A stretch of 64,000 bases of DNA from Carpediemonas membranifera BICM (taxonomy: Eukaryota > Protista > Fornicata): NCBI GenBank assembly GCA_019828565.1, contig JAHDYR010000005.1, positions 905,342 to 969,341 of the forward strand, given 5' to 3'. The position numbers were made by a program, and so were the translations under genes. Each line of letters starts with the position of its first letter. Position 1 is the first letter of the stretch. Below, in pieces: positions 62,483-64,000 of the stretch. The notes beneath the pieces were generated by a model that searched no databases, was not told the origin of the DNA, and saw nothing but the letters and a program-made list of their open reading frames with translations.

Positions 62483-64000
62483 TTACTCCTTCTTCTCCTC
62501 CCCGCTGGCAGCAGAGGGCTTGTACCCACCGGACAGGCCACCGCGGCTGGGCGGCTTGTACATGCCGGCACCAGCAGAGCGGTCACCACCGTATGAGGGG
62601 CGGCCACCACCGAATGAGGGGCGGTCCACGGGGCGGCGGTCCCCGGCACCGAAGCTGGGTCTGTTGACGCCCCAGGCGGTCCCGGTGGCGGGGGCGACGG
62701 CGTGGTCGGGGCCGGCCGAGGGGCGGTATGCGTTGGCCATGCCGCCCGAGCTGTGGGGTTGATAGGACGAGGCGGGGGCGTCGGTGACGCCGTACTTCAT
62801 GCGGTCCTCGAGCGTGAGAACAGTCTTAAGGTCGTCGAGGCGCTGCTTGATGAACTGTTCGGGCAGCTCGCCGGCCTGGTACGTCTTTTTGAGCTTGTAC
62901 TTGGGCATCGTGCGGTAACTCTCGAGGCGCTTGAGCTCTTCCTTGCGGCGCTCCTCGTCGGCCTTCTTCTTGGCGGCCTCCTCCTCGATCAGGGCCTGCT
63001 CGGCGGCCTTGCGGTCCTCCTCCTCCTGGATAAGCTGCTGCTTGAGCTCCTCGCGACGCTTGTTACGCAGCTTCTCGATCTGGCGCTCAATCTCAGCGGG
63101 CTTGAGCTCTTCGAGGCGCTGGCGCTGCTCGTCGAGGGTGTCCTGGACGCGGCCCTTGCGGTCGGCCATGACCTTCGCGAAGAACTCGGCCGAGGGGGCG
63201 AGCAGGGGCCGGACGGCGTCCTTGCGCTGCAGACGGGCCTCCCATTTGGCCTTCTCCGCGGCGACGATCTCCTCGATGCGGGCGTCGTAGATGGACTTGC
63301 CCTCGGTCTGCTCCTTCTCGCGGATAGCGAGGCGGCGCTTGGTCTCGACGACCCGATCGGATCTGATCGTGTACCACAGCTTGCGGTGCTCGGTGACGTT
63401 CTTCTGCTTGAGCTTGAGGTTCTGCTTCTTCTGGTAAGCAAGGAACGCGGCCTCCAGGATGGGGATGACCTTCTCGGGGGCGCCCTCAGCATCCTTGGCC
63501 AGGTCCATCTTCAGCAGGTGGCGCTTAGCGGGCAGGTTGGTCCGGCCTATCTCCTCGAGCCTGATCTCAGCCTTGTTGAGCTCCATCTTGAGCCGCATCT
63601 CGCGCTCCTTCTCGGCCTCACGGCGGTCGCGCTCAGCCTGAAGGCGCTCCTTCTCGCGCTTCTCGGCCTCCTCGCGGCGCTTCTCCTCCTCCGCGATGAT
63701 GCGGTTCTCTTCCTCCTTCGCGAGGCGCTCTCTCTCCATCTTGGTTTCCTCAATAAGCTCGAGGCGGTGGATGTTGCGCTGGTTGGCGTCCTTCAGCTCA
63801 GCCAGGAGGCTAGCTGCGGGGCCGGGGGCCGTCAGGCGGTGGGCACGGTCGGCCGCGGCGACGACAGAGACGGGGGAGCGGGTGAAGACGACCCGCTCGG
63901 CGCGGTGGTCGATCTTGGCGGAGACGAGGCCCTCGGAGACGGCCTGCACGACCATACGCTCGGCCTCGATGTCGTTGGAAGCGCCAAGGCAAGCGGTGGC
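62483..64000 (-). CDS. EIF3A: Translation initiation factor 3 subunit A, 3' part
   Basis: End of PCI domain (AKIDHRAERVVF), long E/K/R helix, low-complexity GGR/YRP tail. Confidence 0.8.
   Translation of the reverse strand, partial: ATACLGASNDIEAERMVVQAVSEGLVSAKIDHRAERVVFTRSPVSVVAAADRAHRLTAPGPAASLLAELKDANQRNIHRLELIEETKMERERLAKEEENRIIAEEEKRREEAEKREKERLQAERDRREAEKEREMRLKMELNKAEIRLEEIGRTNLPAKRHLLKMDLAKDAEGAPEKVIPILEAAFLAYQKKQNLKLKQKNVTEHRKLWYTIRSDRVVETKRRLAIREKEQTEGKSIYDARIEEIVAAEKAKWEARLQRKDAVRPLLAPSAEFFAKVMADRKGRVQDTLDEQRQRLEELKPAEIERQIEKLRNKRREELKQQLIQEEEDRKAAEQALIEEEAAKKKADEERRKEELKRLESYRTMPKYKLKKTYQAGELPEQFIKQRLDDLKTVLTLEDRMKYGVTDAPASSYQPHSSGGMANAYRPSAGPDHAVAPATGTAWGVNRPSFGAGDRRPVDRPSFGGGRPSYGGDRSAGAGMYKPPSRGGLSGGYKPSAASGEEKKE

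Noticed and set aside
1-64000. Many long antisense or overlapping ORFs (e.g. 10383-11576, 12007-13203, 30696-31835, 48103-49152)
   Set aside because: Shadows of GC3-rich coding strands with no independent motifs
1-64000. tRNA, rRNA, CRISPR array, transposase or reverse transcriptase genes
   Set aside because: None recognisable by eye; tRNAscan/Infernal and HMM searches would be needed to exclude them
1-64000. Bacterial contamination as the source of kamA, PRODH and TnpB-like genes
   Set aside because: They are interspersed with intron-containing eukaryotic genes, and kamA itself has an intron

Overview
Gene-dense, GC-rich eukaryotic genomic DNA from a compact protist genome: standard genetic code, very short intergenic regions, and 28-33 bp spliceosomal introns with a fused branch point-acceptor. 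A free-living metamonad such as Carpediemonas is a plausible source, but that is inference only. About 45 protein genes are present. They include housekeeping genes (SF3A3, PDCD5, TAF13, ENY2, MED22, FIP1, LCB2, TRM6, SSRP1, eIF3a, USP) and prokaryote-type enzymes (proline dehydrogenase, lysine 2,3-aminomutase carrying an intron, a YdjM-like hydrolase). The main finding is a family of Fanzor/TnpB-like elements. (i) An intact 280-aa ORF (54084-54926) has only the RuvC and Zn-finger part with all three catalytic residues, and is bracketed by two copies of a structured 3' module of about 80 nt. (ii) Two near-identical 5'-truncated relatives (1739-2452 and 31958-32803) share the same 3' terminus, each has its own 7-bp target-site duplication, and each carries a different length of the host SSRP1 3' end. 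This pattern suggests 3'-anchored, retrotransposition-like spread with host-gene capture. A second candidate element is a frameshifted FEN1/XPG-like nuclease gene between hairpin-bearing direct repeats (18071-20820).
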